A stretch of DNA of 64,000 bases from Dehalococcoidia bacterium (GTDB lineage: Bacteria; Chloroflexota; Dehalococcoidia; SZUA-161; SpSt-899): the NCBI GenBank assembly GCA_048539495.1, contig JBLYPS010000003.1, forward strand, positions 31,486-95,485. The letters run 5' to 3'. Position numbers and translations under genes: made by a program. Shown here in pieces: positions 20,373 to 29,641 of the stretch. The notes beneath the pieces are model-generated. The model did not search any database, was not told where the DNA came from, and saw only the letters and a program-made list of their open reading frames with translations. Position 1 is the stretch's first letter. Each line of letters opens with the position of its first letter.

Positions 20373-21483
20373 TTTCCGTCAAATCCTTTGAATTATGAAT
20401 GTCTAAAAGCCTTTTTCTGGTAACCTGAATGGCAAACTTGGATAAATCAGAGCCTATCCATTTTCTGCCTAATTTCTCTGCTGTTGCTAAGGTTGTGCCT
20501 GAGCCACAGAAGAAATCTGCAACGATGTCGCCGGGGTCCGTTGTAGCCATTAATAAAACTTGCAAAAGTCCCTCGGATTTTTGGGTCAGAAAGTTTAGAC
20601 ACTCAGCAGAAACATTTATGACAGGTTTTACATTAACTGTTAGTAGTTTGCTGTTATTCAAAACTAATGTGATTTTGTCCTGTAGCACATCTCGCAAAAG
20701 CACATCCGCATAATATCTTCCACTTGCATCCCTAAGAGAAGTAAAAAACGGTTTTTCGTAATAAACTCTTTCTTTTAGTTTATTAAATTTAGGGTTTGCA
20801 TTTTTAGAATAGAATAAAATAATATCATGCTTCTTAGGAAAATCGGCTTCTTTACTCGGGGCGCCCCCTGTTCTATAACACCATGATATCTCATTTCTAA
20901 AACCTAGCTTATTTTCTCCACCCGGTCCGAAAACTTCGTCCATCATCACCTTAACATAATGTCCCGCATGCCAGTCAAGGTGCACATAGATAGAACCATT
21001 TTCAGCCAATAATTCCCTCATCAAAACCAACCGCTCATACATATATTCGAGATAAGAAGCAATCCCACCGCTCCAGGTATCCTTATAAGCCCGCTCTTCT
21101 ATGATAGATGGCTCCTTTTCTATTGCTTCGTCTCCAATTTTTGTTCTTATCGTAAAATCTGAACCTGTGAAAAACGGCGGGTCAATGTAAATCAGATTTA
21201 TCTTCCCAACCCAGCCCTGTTTAATCAGAGAACTCATCACTAATTTGTTATCGCCCCAGATAAGAAGATTCTTCCAGTCCTTTGAATAATTGGCGGGATA
21301 CTCGTCTTCGGGGAAAAATGAAATCGTATATCCACCCTTAATTCTGGGCTTGTTTACTGTTTCAACAACCTGAAATGGGAGATTGGGTTTTTCTATCGGT
21401 TTCTTCTCCCCTTTTTCGTATCGGTCGTATTTTTCTGCCCAGAGCAGCTCTACGTACTTCTTGTTATCAGGCATCTTTATCAC
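20359..21483 (-). CDS. mod: Beta-class N6-adenine/N4-cytosine DNA methyltransferase (Type III Mod-like, compact)
   Basis: Motif IV 'IYIDPPFFTG' comes before motif I 'DFFCGSGTTLATAEKLGRKWIGSDL', which is the beta-class order. At 374 aa it is short for a Type III Mod. Confidence 0.8.
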   Translation of the reverse strand: MIKMPDNKKYVELLWAEKYDRYEKGEKKPIEKPNLPFQVVETVNKPRIKGGYTISFFPEDEYPANYSKDWKNLLIWGDNKLVMSSLIKQGWVGKINLIYIDPPFFTGSDFTIRTKIGDEAIEKEPSIIEERAYKDTWSGGIASYLEYMYERLVLMRELLAENGSIYVHLDWHAGHYVKVMMDEVFGPGGENKLGFRNEISWCYRTGGAPSKEADFPKKHDIILFYSKNANPKFNKLKERVYYEKPFFTSLRDASGRYYADVLLRDVLQDKITLVLNNSKLLTVNVKPVINVSAECLNFLTQKSEGLLQVLLMATTDPGDIVADFFCGSGTTLATAEKLGRKWIGSDLSKFAIQVTRKRLLDIHNSKDLTENEKR

Positions 21484-21611
21484 CCCTTAGCCTACCTGCA
21501 AAGATTATTGCACAATTCCTCCTGTTATTGCGAGCAAAGTGAAGCAAGATCATCAGGGGGATTCTCGCCCTGAAACCCCCTAAAGCGGTTGACGGTTCTG
21601 TTCGTTTGTGC

Positions 21612-21640
21612 TTGACATAGGGTTTCCCCTTCCTTATAAT
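21612..21640 (+). promoter_or_regulatory. Consensus sigma70 promoter (TTGACA-17-TATAAT)
   Basis: 'ttgaca' at 21612-21617 and 'tataat' at 21635-21640 are separated by a 17-nt spacer. The promoter sits upstream of the HNH gene start at 21667. Confidence 0.5.
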
Positions 21641-21666
21641 TACAGTAAATAGGTTGGGGGTGAAAG

Positions 21667-21906
21667 ATGGGACAATTTCCTGAGTCAGTTAAGGATGATG
21701 CTTTCAAACGAAGTCGTGGCCGATGCGAATGTTGGCGTAAAACTCATAAGTGGCATAAAGGTAGATGTAAAACTATTATTAAGCGTAATAAGAATATGCA
21801 TTACCATCATATTCGTTCCAAAGGCCCTGATACTCTTGCAAATTGTGAGGTCCTTTGTATTGAGTGTCATGAGAAAACTCGCTCCTATGGTCGCTCAGAA
21901 TTCTAA
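21667..21906 (+). CDS. HNH endonuclease-domain small protein
   Basis: The 'CECW...HKGRC...HYHHIRSKGPDTLANCEVLCIECH' pattern matches an HNH/zinc-finger nuclease motif. Confidence 0.6.
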   Translation: MGQFPESVKDDAFKRSRGRCECWRKTHKWHKGRCKTIIKRNKNMHYHHIRSKGPDTLANCEVLCIECHEKTRSYGRSEF

Positions 21907-21974
21907 AAACTAAACCCGTTTGACTGCTTTATGCCCTGGAGTCATAAAGGGGCTTCGCTTCCGTCAATCCTGGC

Positions 21975-23492
21975 TTAGCCGGGGACTGTCCTTAACTGTG
22001 GAAACAGGATCACCTCCCGAATGGACTGGTGTCCAGTGAGGAGCATCACCAGCCGGTCGACCCCCATCCCCAACCCGCCCGTCGGGGGCATGCCGTGTTC
22101 TAAGGCCAGAAGGAAGTCCTCATCGATCCTCTCTGCCTCTTCATCGCCGAAGAGAGCTCTCACTCTTTCCTGTTCCTCGAAGCGCTCTCGCTGTTCCAGA
22201 GGGTCGTTGAGCTCACTGAAGGCATTGGCGATTTCCATTCCTCCGGCGAAGGCTTCGAATCGCTCCACCAGGTGGTCGCATCCCGGCTTTCTCTTGGCCA
22301 GGGGCGATAGCTTCACCGGGTAATCCATGAGGAATGTCGGCTGGATCAGGTTGGGCTCGACCGTATGGGAAAGTAAGTAATCAACGAGCTTGCCCCAACT
22401 CATTCCTTCCTCGACGCGGAGGCCGGTTTTCCTTATCTCTGCCTCGAGCGAGCGTGCGTCGGGGAAAGCCTCGAAATCGACCCCGCTTCCTTCTTTGATC
22501 GCCTCGCGCAGGGTGAGGCGCTGCCAGGGTGGAGAGAGGTCCACTGTCAGCTCGCCAAAGCTGATTCTCATCGTCCCCAAAACCTCCTTGGCGATGAAGG
22601 AGACCATTTGCTCGACCATCTCCATCACATCGTGGTAATCGGCATAGGCCTGGTAGCTCTCCAGAGTAGTGAATTCGGGATTATGTTTGGTAGAGATGCC
22701 TTCGTTGCGGAATATCCGCCCGATCTCGTAGACCCTGTCGAAGCCCCCGATAATGAGCCGTTTCAGATGAAGTTCGGTGGCGATGCGCAGATAGAGGTCG
22801 CTATCGAGGGCATGATGATGGGTAGCAAAAGGCCTGGCTAAAGCCCCGGCGGCAAGCGACTGCAACACCGGCGTTTCCACTTCGATGAATCCGCGCTTCT
22901 CAAGGAAACGTCGCATGGCCGAAATCGCCTGACTGCGCACCTCAAATGTGCGCCTTACCTGCTCGTTAGAGAGGAGATCGAGATATCGTTGGCGGTAGCG
23001 CTTCTCGACATCGGCAAGCCCATGCCACTTCTCGGGCAGAGGCTGCAGTGACTTCGACAGCATCGTGAAGTCGGATACCTTAACGGTGATCTCCCCGGCC
23101 CGAGTCTCGAAGAGCTCTCCTTCAACACCGATGAAATCGCCGATGTCGAAGTCTTGAAGCAGGCTATACTTCTCTTCGCCTATGGCATCCCGCTGGAGAT
23201 AGGCCTGAACCTTGCCCGATCCATCCCTGATATCCAGAAAGATAGCCTTGCCCATGGAGCGCATGGCTGTAATACGACCGGCGAGCTTCAGAGTCTGGAG
23301 ACGCTTCGCTCTGGAGACGATTTGCTCTGGAATCCCACTCCCCTCGACTCTCGACTCTCGATAGAGAGTGATGGCTTCCTGCGTAGTATGGCTACATAAG
23401 TATCGGGCAGGGTATGGATTGACACCGCGACTGCGGATTCTCTGGAGCTTGTCCAAGCGGCTTTGGATTAACTCTGCTTTTCTTTGTGCCAT
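21975..23492 (-). CDS. lysS: Lysyl-tRNA synthetase (class II)
   Basis: An OB-fold N-domain 'GRITAMRSMGKAIFLDIRDGSGKVQ' and a class II core are present. The gene lies downstream of greA, as in many bacteria. Confidence 0.9.
   Translation of the reverse strand: MAQRKAELIQSRLDKLQRIRSRGVNPYPARYLCSHTTQEAITLYRESRVEGSGIPEQIVSRAKRLQTLKLAGRITAMRSMGKAIFLDIRDGSGKVQAYLQRDAIGEEKYSLLQDFDIGDFIGVEGELFETRAGEITVKVSDFTMLSKSLQPLPEKWHGLADVEKRYRQRYLDLLSNEQVRRTFEVRSQAISAMRRFLEKRGFIEVETPVLQSLAAGALARPFATHHHALDSDLYLRIATELHLKRLIIGGFDRVYEIGRIFRNEGISTKHNPEFTTLESYQAYADYHDVMEMVEQMVSFIAKEVLGTMRISFGELTVDLSPPWQRLTLREAIKEGSGVDFEAFPDARSLEAEIRKTGLRVEEGMSWGKLVDYLLSHTVEPNLIQPTFLMDYPVKLSPLAKRKPGCDHLVERFEAFAGGMEIANAFSELNDPLEQRERFEEQERVRALFGDEEAERIDEDFLLALEHGMPPTGGLGMGVDRLVMLLTGHQSIREVILFPQLRTVPG
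23288..23372. repeat. Tandem-unit repeat inside the lysS N-terminal region
   Basis: The sequence 'ctggagacgcttcgctctggagacgatttgctctggaatcccactcccctcgactctcgactctcgatagagagtg' contains repeated ctctggagacg and actctcg units around a 'cccactcccctcg' core. Confidence 0.4.
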
Positions 23493-23496
23493 GAGT

Positions 23497-23973
23497 TCAT
23501 TCCCAAGAAATGGCTGATATCTTCAGCCTTATGAGTCCCTTTGGAGCCTGTATCTCAACTTCCTCACCCACATGTTTGCCCAGCAGGGCCTTCCCCACAG
23601 GGGATTCGTTGGATATTTTCCCTTCAGTGGGATTGCTCTCCGTGCCTCCCACAATGACGTATGTTCTTTCCCCTCCATCGGAGTCCCGCACCTTGACTCT
23701 GGACCCGAACCTAACATACGCCGGACGCGACTTCTCCACCGGAATGACTTCGGCATGTTTGATCATCCTCTCCAGGGTCATGATGCGGCCCTCGACAAAT
23801 GCCTGCTCATTCTTCGCCTCATCGTATTCGGCGTTATCAACGGTATCGCTCAGTTCCTTTGCTCGCTGAAGCCTCTCCAGAACTTCGGGGCGATGCACTT
23901 CGCGCAGATGTTCCAATTCACTCTTGAGTTTCTCTAATCCCTCGGTTGTTAGCAAGACCTTCTCTTCAGCCAT
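23497..23973 (-). CDS. greA: Transcription elongation factor GreA
   Basis: An N-terminal coiled-coil and a C-terminal FKBP-like domain are present. The start is set at MAEEKVLLT. Confidence 0.85.
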   Translation of the reverse strand: MAEEKVLLTTEGLEKLKSELEHLREVHRPEVLERLQRAKELSDTVDNAEYDEAKNEQAFVEGRIMTLERMIKHAEVIPVEKSRPAYVRFGSRVKVRDSDGGERTYVIVGGTESNPTEGKISNESPVGKALLGKHVGEEVEIQAPKGLIRLKISAISWE

Positions 23974-24197
23974 AGTCCCTTCCTCCCCTAAAATAATCAA
24001 AAAACTGAGAGTCCCCGACTCTCAGTCAGACACTGTTTTTCTCTGAGCACTCAGCCCCGTGTACTGATCCGGGCTGAGCGCAATTCGAGTTCTACTTTGC
24101 AGCGAGGGAAATCCGAAGCTCGAGGCTTCCTTAATTCTATATTATACTACGGAACGGTTAACTGTTCAACGTTGAACCTCGAACTTTGAACCTTTCC

Positions 24198-27101
24198 TTA
24201 CTCCATTTCGCCCCAATTCTGGCCCAGTTTGGTCTCCACCTTAAGAGACACGCTAAGCTCCATTGCCGCTGACATGATCTCCTGTACTAGTCGTTTCATC
24301 AACTCGATCTCTGCCTGCGGCACCTCAAAAAGAAGCTCGTCATGCACCTGAAGGATCATCTTGCTCTTGAGACTCCTAATATCTATCTCGTTCTGGATGT
24401 TGATCATCGCCAGCTTTATGATGTCGGCAGCGGTGCCCTGGACCGGCATGTTTATGGCCATCCGCTCCGCCGCTTGCCGCACTTGATAATTGGAGGAATT
24501 AATCTCCGGGATATACCGCCTTCTTCCCATCACCGTTTGAACGTATCCTTTTTCAACCGCGTGCTGCTTGGTCAAGTTAACATAATCCCTGACGCCGCGG
24601 TATCTTTCGAAGTAGGCGTTAATAAAATCGGTCGCTTTCTGGCGGGAGAGCCCGGTGGCCTGTTCCAGGCCATAATCGCCCATACCGTAGATCACACCGA
24701 AATTCACCACCTTGGCTATTCGTCTCATCTCTGAGGTCACCTCGTATGTCTCCACGCCGAAGACCTGCGAGGCGGTGGCGGCATGGATATCCTCGTCGTG
24801 GGCGAAAGCGGCCAGGAGCCCGGGATCCTGCGATAGATGCGCCATAACGCGGAGCTCGATCTGGGAGTAATCCGCACTCAACAGCCAAGAGTCGAGAGTC
24901 GAGAGTCGAGAGTCGAGAGTCCCCCTCGCCCCCCGACTCCAGACTCCAGACTCCCGACTCCAGACTCCCTTTGGGGCGACGAAAGCCTGTCTGATCCGAT
25001 TTCCTATCTCAGTACGCACGGGGATATTCTGCAGATTGGGATCGCTCGATGATAAACGCCCGGTAGCGGTGACGGTCTGATTGAAATTGGTATGCACCCT
25101 TCCGGTCTCCGGATCGATGAGGGCTGGGAGGGCATCAACATAGGTTGATTTGAGCTTGGCGAGCTGGCGATACTCGATGATGTGCTCAATAGCGGGGTGC
25201 TCGCCCCGTAGCCCCTCCAGGACTGAGATATCCGTGGAGTAACCGCTCTTGGTCTTGCGCCCCGGGGTCAGCTTAAGCTCATCGAAAAGAATCCTCCCCA
25301 GTTGTTGGGTGGAGTTTATATTGAACTTATACCCCACCGACTCGTAAATCTCACCCTCGATCCTGGCCATCTCCATAAACATGACCTGCGACATATCCCG
25401 AAGCAAGCTAGTATCCAGAGCTATCCCATTCCTCTCCATCCGATATAAGACCGGAACCAGCGGCATCTCAACCTCGACGAAAAGATCCCACAACCCCTCT
25501 CTCTTCAGTTCTGCCTCCAGAAGTTGGCTTAGTCTACCCGTCATATCGGCATCGGCGCAGGCGTAATCGGCGGCTAGTGCAATGCTGACATCGGCCATAG
25601 AACCCTGTTTCGGTCCCGACCCGATGAGGGCGCTTATGGGGGTCATCTCAATGCCCAGTTTGCCGAAAGTGAGCTGCTTCAACCCTAGAGACTTCTCCCC
25701 CAGAAGATGCGCCGCGATCATGGTATCGAAGTTGATATGCTGCAATTCCAACCCGTGTTGCCAGAGAACGGTCATATCATACTTGGCATTGTGGGCTATC
25801 TTCGAAATAGCGGGGTCTATCATGATAGGCTTGAGTCTGGTAGTGATCTCGGATAGAGAGAGTTGACTAGTTGATAGTTGATAGTTGATAGTCGCTGGTC
25901 CCTCCCCACCCCAGACTGCCGACTGCTGACTGCTGACTGCCGACTGCCTGTGCCCGACGGGGATATACCAGGCCTTCGCCGGAGTCATCGAAAGAGAGAT
26001 GCCTACCAATGTCGTGTGTCTTGCCTCTTTGCCGGAGGTCTCCGTATCCACCACTAATGCCCCGGCTGTGGAGAGTTCCTCCACCAGTTCATTAAGGGCT
26101 TCGGAGGTAGCCACTATTTCATAAAAAGTCGAGAGTTCAGAAGGACGGGTATCTTGCCCGTCATCTCCAGTCAAGGGGAGGGGGACTCCAGACTCCAGAC
26201 TCCAAACTCCAGACTCGGATGTTGTCCCCGGCAGTTTGTCCAGGAGACTGAAGAACTCCAGCTCTCGAAACAGCGCGGTAACCGTGTCCCGCTTATAGCT
26301 GCTCACGCGGCAGGATGAGAGGTCGAGGCTTACCGGGACATCGGTGACGATGGTGGCTAACTTTTTGCTCTGTCGTGCCACTTCTTCATTGGACCGTAGG
26401 ATCTTTTGAATCCTGAGCGGGCTCACCTCGTCGATTCGTCGGTAGATTCCTTCCAGGCTGTCAAATTGCTGGATAAGCTTGACGGCGATCTTCTCTCCGA
26501 TACCGGCTACTCCAGGGATATTATCCGTCTGATCGCCTTTGAGGCCCTTCAGGTCGGCAAGCTGCTGTGGTCGGAGGCTGTATCGCTGCTGTACCGCTGC
26601 TTCATCGTAAAGTTGAGTGTCACTGAACGGGCGCCGGGGCCGGGGAAGAAGCACCTCGACACCGGGGGAGACAAGCTGCAGGGTATCGGTATCGCCGGTT
26701 ACGATGATAGAATAGATCCCCTGTGCGCTGGCCTGCTGGCTGAGAGCACCAAGAATATCGTCGGCCTCGTAGCCTTCCACCTCAAAGGCGAGGACGCCGA
26801 GGGCCTGGACCAGTTGGCGAACGACGGCGAATTGTGAGATGAGCTCGTCAGGCGCTTTGGGACGGTGCGCCTTATAATCCTGAAACTGAATATGCCTGAA
26901 GGTGGGAGCGGCGGTGTCGAAGGCGATTGCCCAGTGTGAGGGCTTAAACTCTTCGAGTGTCTTCAGGAGCATGCTTGCGAAGCCATAAACAGCCCCCGTT
27001 GGTTTTCCCTCCTTGGTCGAAAGTGCCGGCAGGGCATGGAAGGCGCGATGGATAAGGGCATGTCCGTCGAATAGGAGAAGCAGCGGTCTTTCTGTTGACA
27101 T
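24198..27101 (-). CDS. polA: DNA polymerase I
   Basis: A 5'-nuclease N-terminus, a 3'-5' exonuclease region and polymerase motifs ('DYSQIELR', 'QVHDEL') are present. At 967 aa it is enlarged by three in-frame repeat insertions. Confidence 0.9.
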   Translation of the reverse strand: MSTERPLLLLFDGHALIHRAFHALPALSTKEGKPTGAVYGFASMLLKTLEEFKPSHWAIAFDTAAPTFRHIQFQDYKAHRPKAPDELISQFAVVRQLVQALGVLAFEVEGYEADDILGALSQQASAQGIYSIIVTGDTDTLQLVSPGVEVLLPRPRRPFSDTQLYDEAAVQQRYSLRPQQLADLKGLKGDQTDNIPGVAGIGEKIAVKLIQQFDSLEGIYRRIDEVSPLRIQKILRSNEEVARQSKKLATIVTDVPVSLDLSSCRVSSYKRDTVTALFRELEFFSLLDKLPGTTSESGVWSLESGVPLPLTGDDGQDTRPSELSTFYEIVATSEALNELVEELSTAGALVVDTETSGKEARHTTLVGISLSMTPAKAWYIPVGHRQSAVSSQQSAVWGGEGPATINYQLSTSQLSLSEITTRLKPIMIDPAISKIAHNAKYDMTVLWQHGLELQHINFDTMIAAHLLGEKSLGLKQLTFGKLGIEMTPISALIGSGPKQGSMADVSIALAADYACADADMTGRLSQLLEAELKREGLWDLFVEVEMPLVPVLYRMERNGIALDTSLLRDMSQVMFMEMARIEGEIYESVGYKFNINSTQQLGRILFDELKLTPGRKTKSGYSTDISVLEGLRGEHPAIEHIIEYRQLAKLKSTYVDALPALIDPETGRVHTNFNQTVTATGRLSSSDPNLQNIPVRTEIGNRIRQAFVAPKGVWSRESGVWSRGARGTLDSRLSTLDSWLLSADYSQIELRVMAHLSQDPGLLAAFAHDEDIHAATASQVFGVETYEVTSEMRRIAKVVNFGVIYGMGDYGLEQATGLSRQKATDFINAYFERYRGVRDYVNLTKQHAVEKGYVQTVMGRRRYIPEINSSNYQVRQAAERMAINMPVQGTAADIIKLAMINIQNEIDIRSLKSKMILQVHDELLFEVPQAEIELMKRLVQEIMSAAMELSVSLKVETKLGQNWGEME
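24889..24970. repeat. In-frame heptamer-array palindromic insertion in polA (immediately before motif A)
   Basis: '(gagtcga)n' and 'ccccctcgcccccc' and '(gactcca)n' encode SRESGVWSRESGVWSRGARG just upstream of LLSADYSQIELR. Confidence 0.65.
25856..25950. repeat. In-frame tandem-heptamer insertion in the polA 3'-5' exonuclease region
   Basis: '(agttgat)n' and 'gctggtccctccccacccca' and '(gactgcc/gactgct)n' encode SAVSSQQSAVWGGEGPATINYQLSTSQLSL. Confidence 0.6.
26165..26217. repeat. In-frame repeat in the polA inter-domain linker
   Basis: 'ggggagggggactccagactccagactccaaactccagactc' encodes SGVWSLESGVPLPLTG. Confidence 0.55.
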
Positions 27102-27146
27102 AGATTATCCTTCCTGATTTTGAGTGTCCGTAACTATGAAATCTGC

Positions 27147-27410
27147 TCATCCGCCGGCGGTGGGGAGGAAAACGTGGAGGATGTCCCCCTCTTTCAGCCT
27201 GGTCTGCTTCAGGTTTCGAAGGTTGAGGCCATTAAGTAAAAAAAGGCAGGACTCCCTCATCTTTTCGTTGGCACCGAACTCCTGTCGAAATTGATGGCCG
27301 AATTTCTGCTCCAGGTGCTCAATCACTTCCATTACATCGGTCGCCTCTACATGCAAAGGGTCTGTAGACAGTCTGAGGCGCAGAAGTGCATAAAACCGGA
27401 CAGTAACCAA
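27147..27410 (-). CDS. MoaD/ThiS-family sulfur-carrier-like protein
   Basis: The C-terminus '...EGDILHVFLPTAGG' ends in Gly-Gly. The start is uncertain and may be a GTG near VTVRFYALLR. Confidence 0.45.
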   Translation of the reverse strand: MVTVRFYALLRLRLSTDPLHVEATDVMEVIEHLEQKFGHQFRQEFGANEKMRESCLFLLNGLNLRNLKQTRLKEGDILHVFLPTAGG

Positions 27411-27631
27411 TGCCACGCGTTCCTCTAACCACACACATTGATCCAGCAAGGTGGGGATAATCAAGTTGTATCATGATCAGGCCGAGATGTCAACACTTCG
27501 CTTCGGCTCGACGCGGTCGATTAGGGCAACTGGTCGGTTCAATTATCATTCGTGTTTGTAGCCCATCAGTGCGAGATTGACACGGGAGGGCACGCACTAT
27601 ATACTATATACAATGCGAGAAGAGGAAGTAG

Positions 27632-28222
27632 ATGATTCCTGAAGAGCGTGTTCCACCGGGCCAGCACCTCACTGATCATCTGCCGGTGCTGCACGAAGGT
27701 CCCGTTCCCAGCTTTGATCCAGCGACTTGGAGCCTGAGGCTCTTTGGGCTGGTGGAGGAAAAAGTCGTCTTTAGCTATGAACAAATCACGTCCTTGCCGC
27801 GGGTAAGGGTCGTGGCCGACATCCACTGTGTCACCACCTGGAGTAAATTAGACACGGTATGGGAGGGGGTATCGTTTCGCCAGTTGATGAACCACGTTCG
27901 CCTTTTGCCTCAGGCCAGGTACGTGCTGGTTCATTGTGAGCACGGATATACCACTAACCTGCCTCTGGAAGCGCTGATGGACGATGATGTGCTGCTGGCT
28001 TATCGCTACGACGAGGTGCCCCTGACCCCCGAACACGGCTATCCCTTGCGCCTGGTGGTGCCAAAACGATATTTCTGGAAGAGCGCCAAGTGGGTGCGAG
28101 GTTTGGAATTCATGTCTGGGGACCGGCCGGGTTTCTGGGAGCAACGCGGCTATCATAACGAGGGCGACCCCTGGAGGGAAGAGCGGTACAGCCGCTCATT
28201 GCCGACTGCGAGGCCAAAATGA
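27632..28222 (+). CDS. Molybdopterin-binding oxidoreductase domain protein (sulfite oxidase/YedY-like)
   Basis: The segments '[12 protein letters not shown]', '[10 protein letters not shown]' and '[26 protein letters not shown]' are typical of the SUOX-fold Mo domain. A promoter-like TTGACA...TATACT lies at 27578-27606. Confidence 0.6.
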   Translation: MIPEERVPPGQHLTDHLPVLHEGPVPSFDPATWSLRLFGLVEEKVVFSYEQITSLPRVRVVADIHCVTTWSKLDTVWEGVSFRQLMNHVRLLPQARYVLVHCEHGYTTNLPLEALMDDDVLLAYRYDEVPLTPEHGYPLRLVVPKRYFWKSAKWVRGLEFMSGDRPGFWEQRGYHNEGDPWREERYSRSLPTARPK

Positions 28223-28476
28223 AGCAATACGAGTACGCTATCACAGTCCATAAAGCGGGTGAAATACTTGCCAGGGTTCCAGACCTCCTGGCAGAGGAGA
28301 CACCGCCCCTGGTATATTGCGATTACCAGGGTAAGTGTTTCTTTGATGATGCTCCCAGTCCCTATATGACAGCCATCGTCGAAATACTCAACGCCCAGGG
28401 CGAACAAGGTTGGGTATTGGCTCAAATCGTGCTGCGCCAGCAGGACATGATCTGCTTCTGGCGGCGCAACCGATAA
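28219..28476 (+). CDS. DUF4177-like small protein
   Basis: The '[10 protein letters not shown]...[15 protein letters not shown]' pattern is present. Its start overlaps the stop of the upstream gene by 4 nt. Confidence 0.5.
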   Translation: MKQYEYAITVHKAGEILARVPDLLAEETPPLVYCDYQGKCFFDDAPSPYMTAIVEILNAQGEQGWVLAQIVLRQQDMICFWRRNR

Positions 28477-28549
28477 GGGGATTGGGAAGTGTGAAATCAT
28501 CCTGTTTGAGAGGGGAGAGCACATTTCTTTTGCGAACTGTGTATTGCCC

Positions 28550-28750
28550 TAACCCGGACGAGCCGGAACCAACAAGGCATATTGTCGTTTAAATTCGAAA
28601 TTCGAAGCACGAAATACTAAACAAATCCCAAAGTTCAAATGTTCAAAACTGCCCCATATTTGGAATTTTCCTATTTGGATTTGTTTAGTGCTTAGAAATT
28701 AGGATTTAGGATTTTTCCATTTTGCGCAAGACTTTAGACTTAAGGGACTA
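28550..28750 (+). repeat. ~200-bp direct repeat, copy 1 (island boundary or noncoding element)
   Basis: It is about 93% identical to 44690-44889 in the same orientation. It contains the internal inverted repeat 'cgaagcacgaaatactaaacaaatcc' / 'ggatttgtttagtgcttag'. Confidence 0.7.
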
Positions 28751-28765
28751 TTATATCGGGGAGGT

Positions 28766-29068
28766 GTGGGTGGCGCACCCATAGACTATGAAATGGCTTC
28801 CCCGGTGCACGGACATCTCCGGGAAAAGGGTGTTGAATTGCACCTCGGTGATGGTATAGAAGCGATACACCATGACCGGAAATATTCGACGGTTGACTTA
28901 AGTAGCGGTGAGAGAATTGAAACAGATATGATTGTGCTCGGTATTGGGGTGCGTCCTGAAAAGGAAATGGCCGAAGATGCCGGGTTGGAATTGGGCGAAC
29001 GCGGTGTTCATTTATCCTATTGGAACCGCGATGGCTTTGGCACACGTGCTACGCCGCGCAATGGATAA
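28766..29068 (+). pseudogene. Internal fragment of an FAD/NAD(P)-dependent pyridine nucleotide-disulfide oxidoreductase
   Basis: 'GERIETDMIVLGIGVRPEKEMAEDAGLELGERG' is the typical second NAD-binding segment. There is no N-terminal FAD fold and no proper start. Confidence 0.45.
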
Positions 29069-29641
29069 TATCCATGTCTATGAGATGGAGAACCTGCCCG
29101 CAACAAGCGCATAACACGCCGTTGACGGCTGATGCCCAAACCCGCCGCTTGCCATCTAAGTCCGCAGGTGTTATACTCGTTGTGTAAACACAATTTTTGT
29201 GTCATAACGCCAGTATTGCCCAAGCAAAACTGTATATGGAACTGAATATTGCGCTCTTCACCACTCAAACACTTCTCACCCAATTCTGCCAATTCCGTTC
29301 CATAGGTATTGCATGCCTCGCCCCCCCTCGGGGTCGCCAGCACCTGGCAATCCTTTCGTTGAGAAGGCAGCCACCCGCTCTCAGGAAAAATCGACCTGCG
29401 CGAGATTTAAAAGAGTTGGGGGTGATCGACCGCTCAACCCTCAGTGGCAAAAAATGCCGTTATAGGGGGGCAGGGTGAGTTTGGGGCATCTAATCCAACG
29501 GACTGCGCACTGCCAGCCTTCCGCGATTGAGCAAGTCTTGGTCGCCAAGTAGCAGGTCAGCAAGCCATGTCTTCCTAGCCCCGCGTGGGCGACTGAGTCG
29601 CAACCCGTTGGGCCAGTAACACTATCGGCAAAGAATAGCTA

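Noticed and set aside
27465-27631. Possible Moco riboswitch upstream of the molybdopterin-oxidoreductase gene
   Set aside because: Only a promoter-like TTGACA...TATACT is recognizable. There is no evidence for the Moco motif without a covariance-model search.
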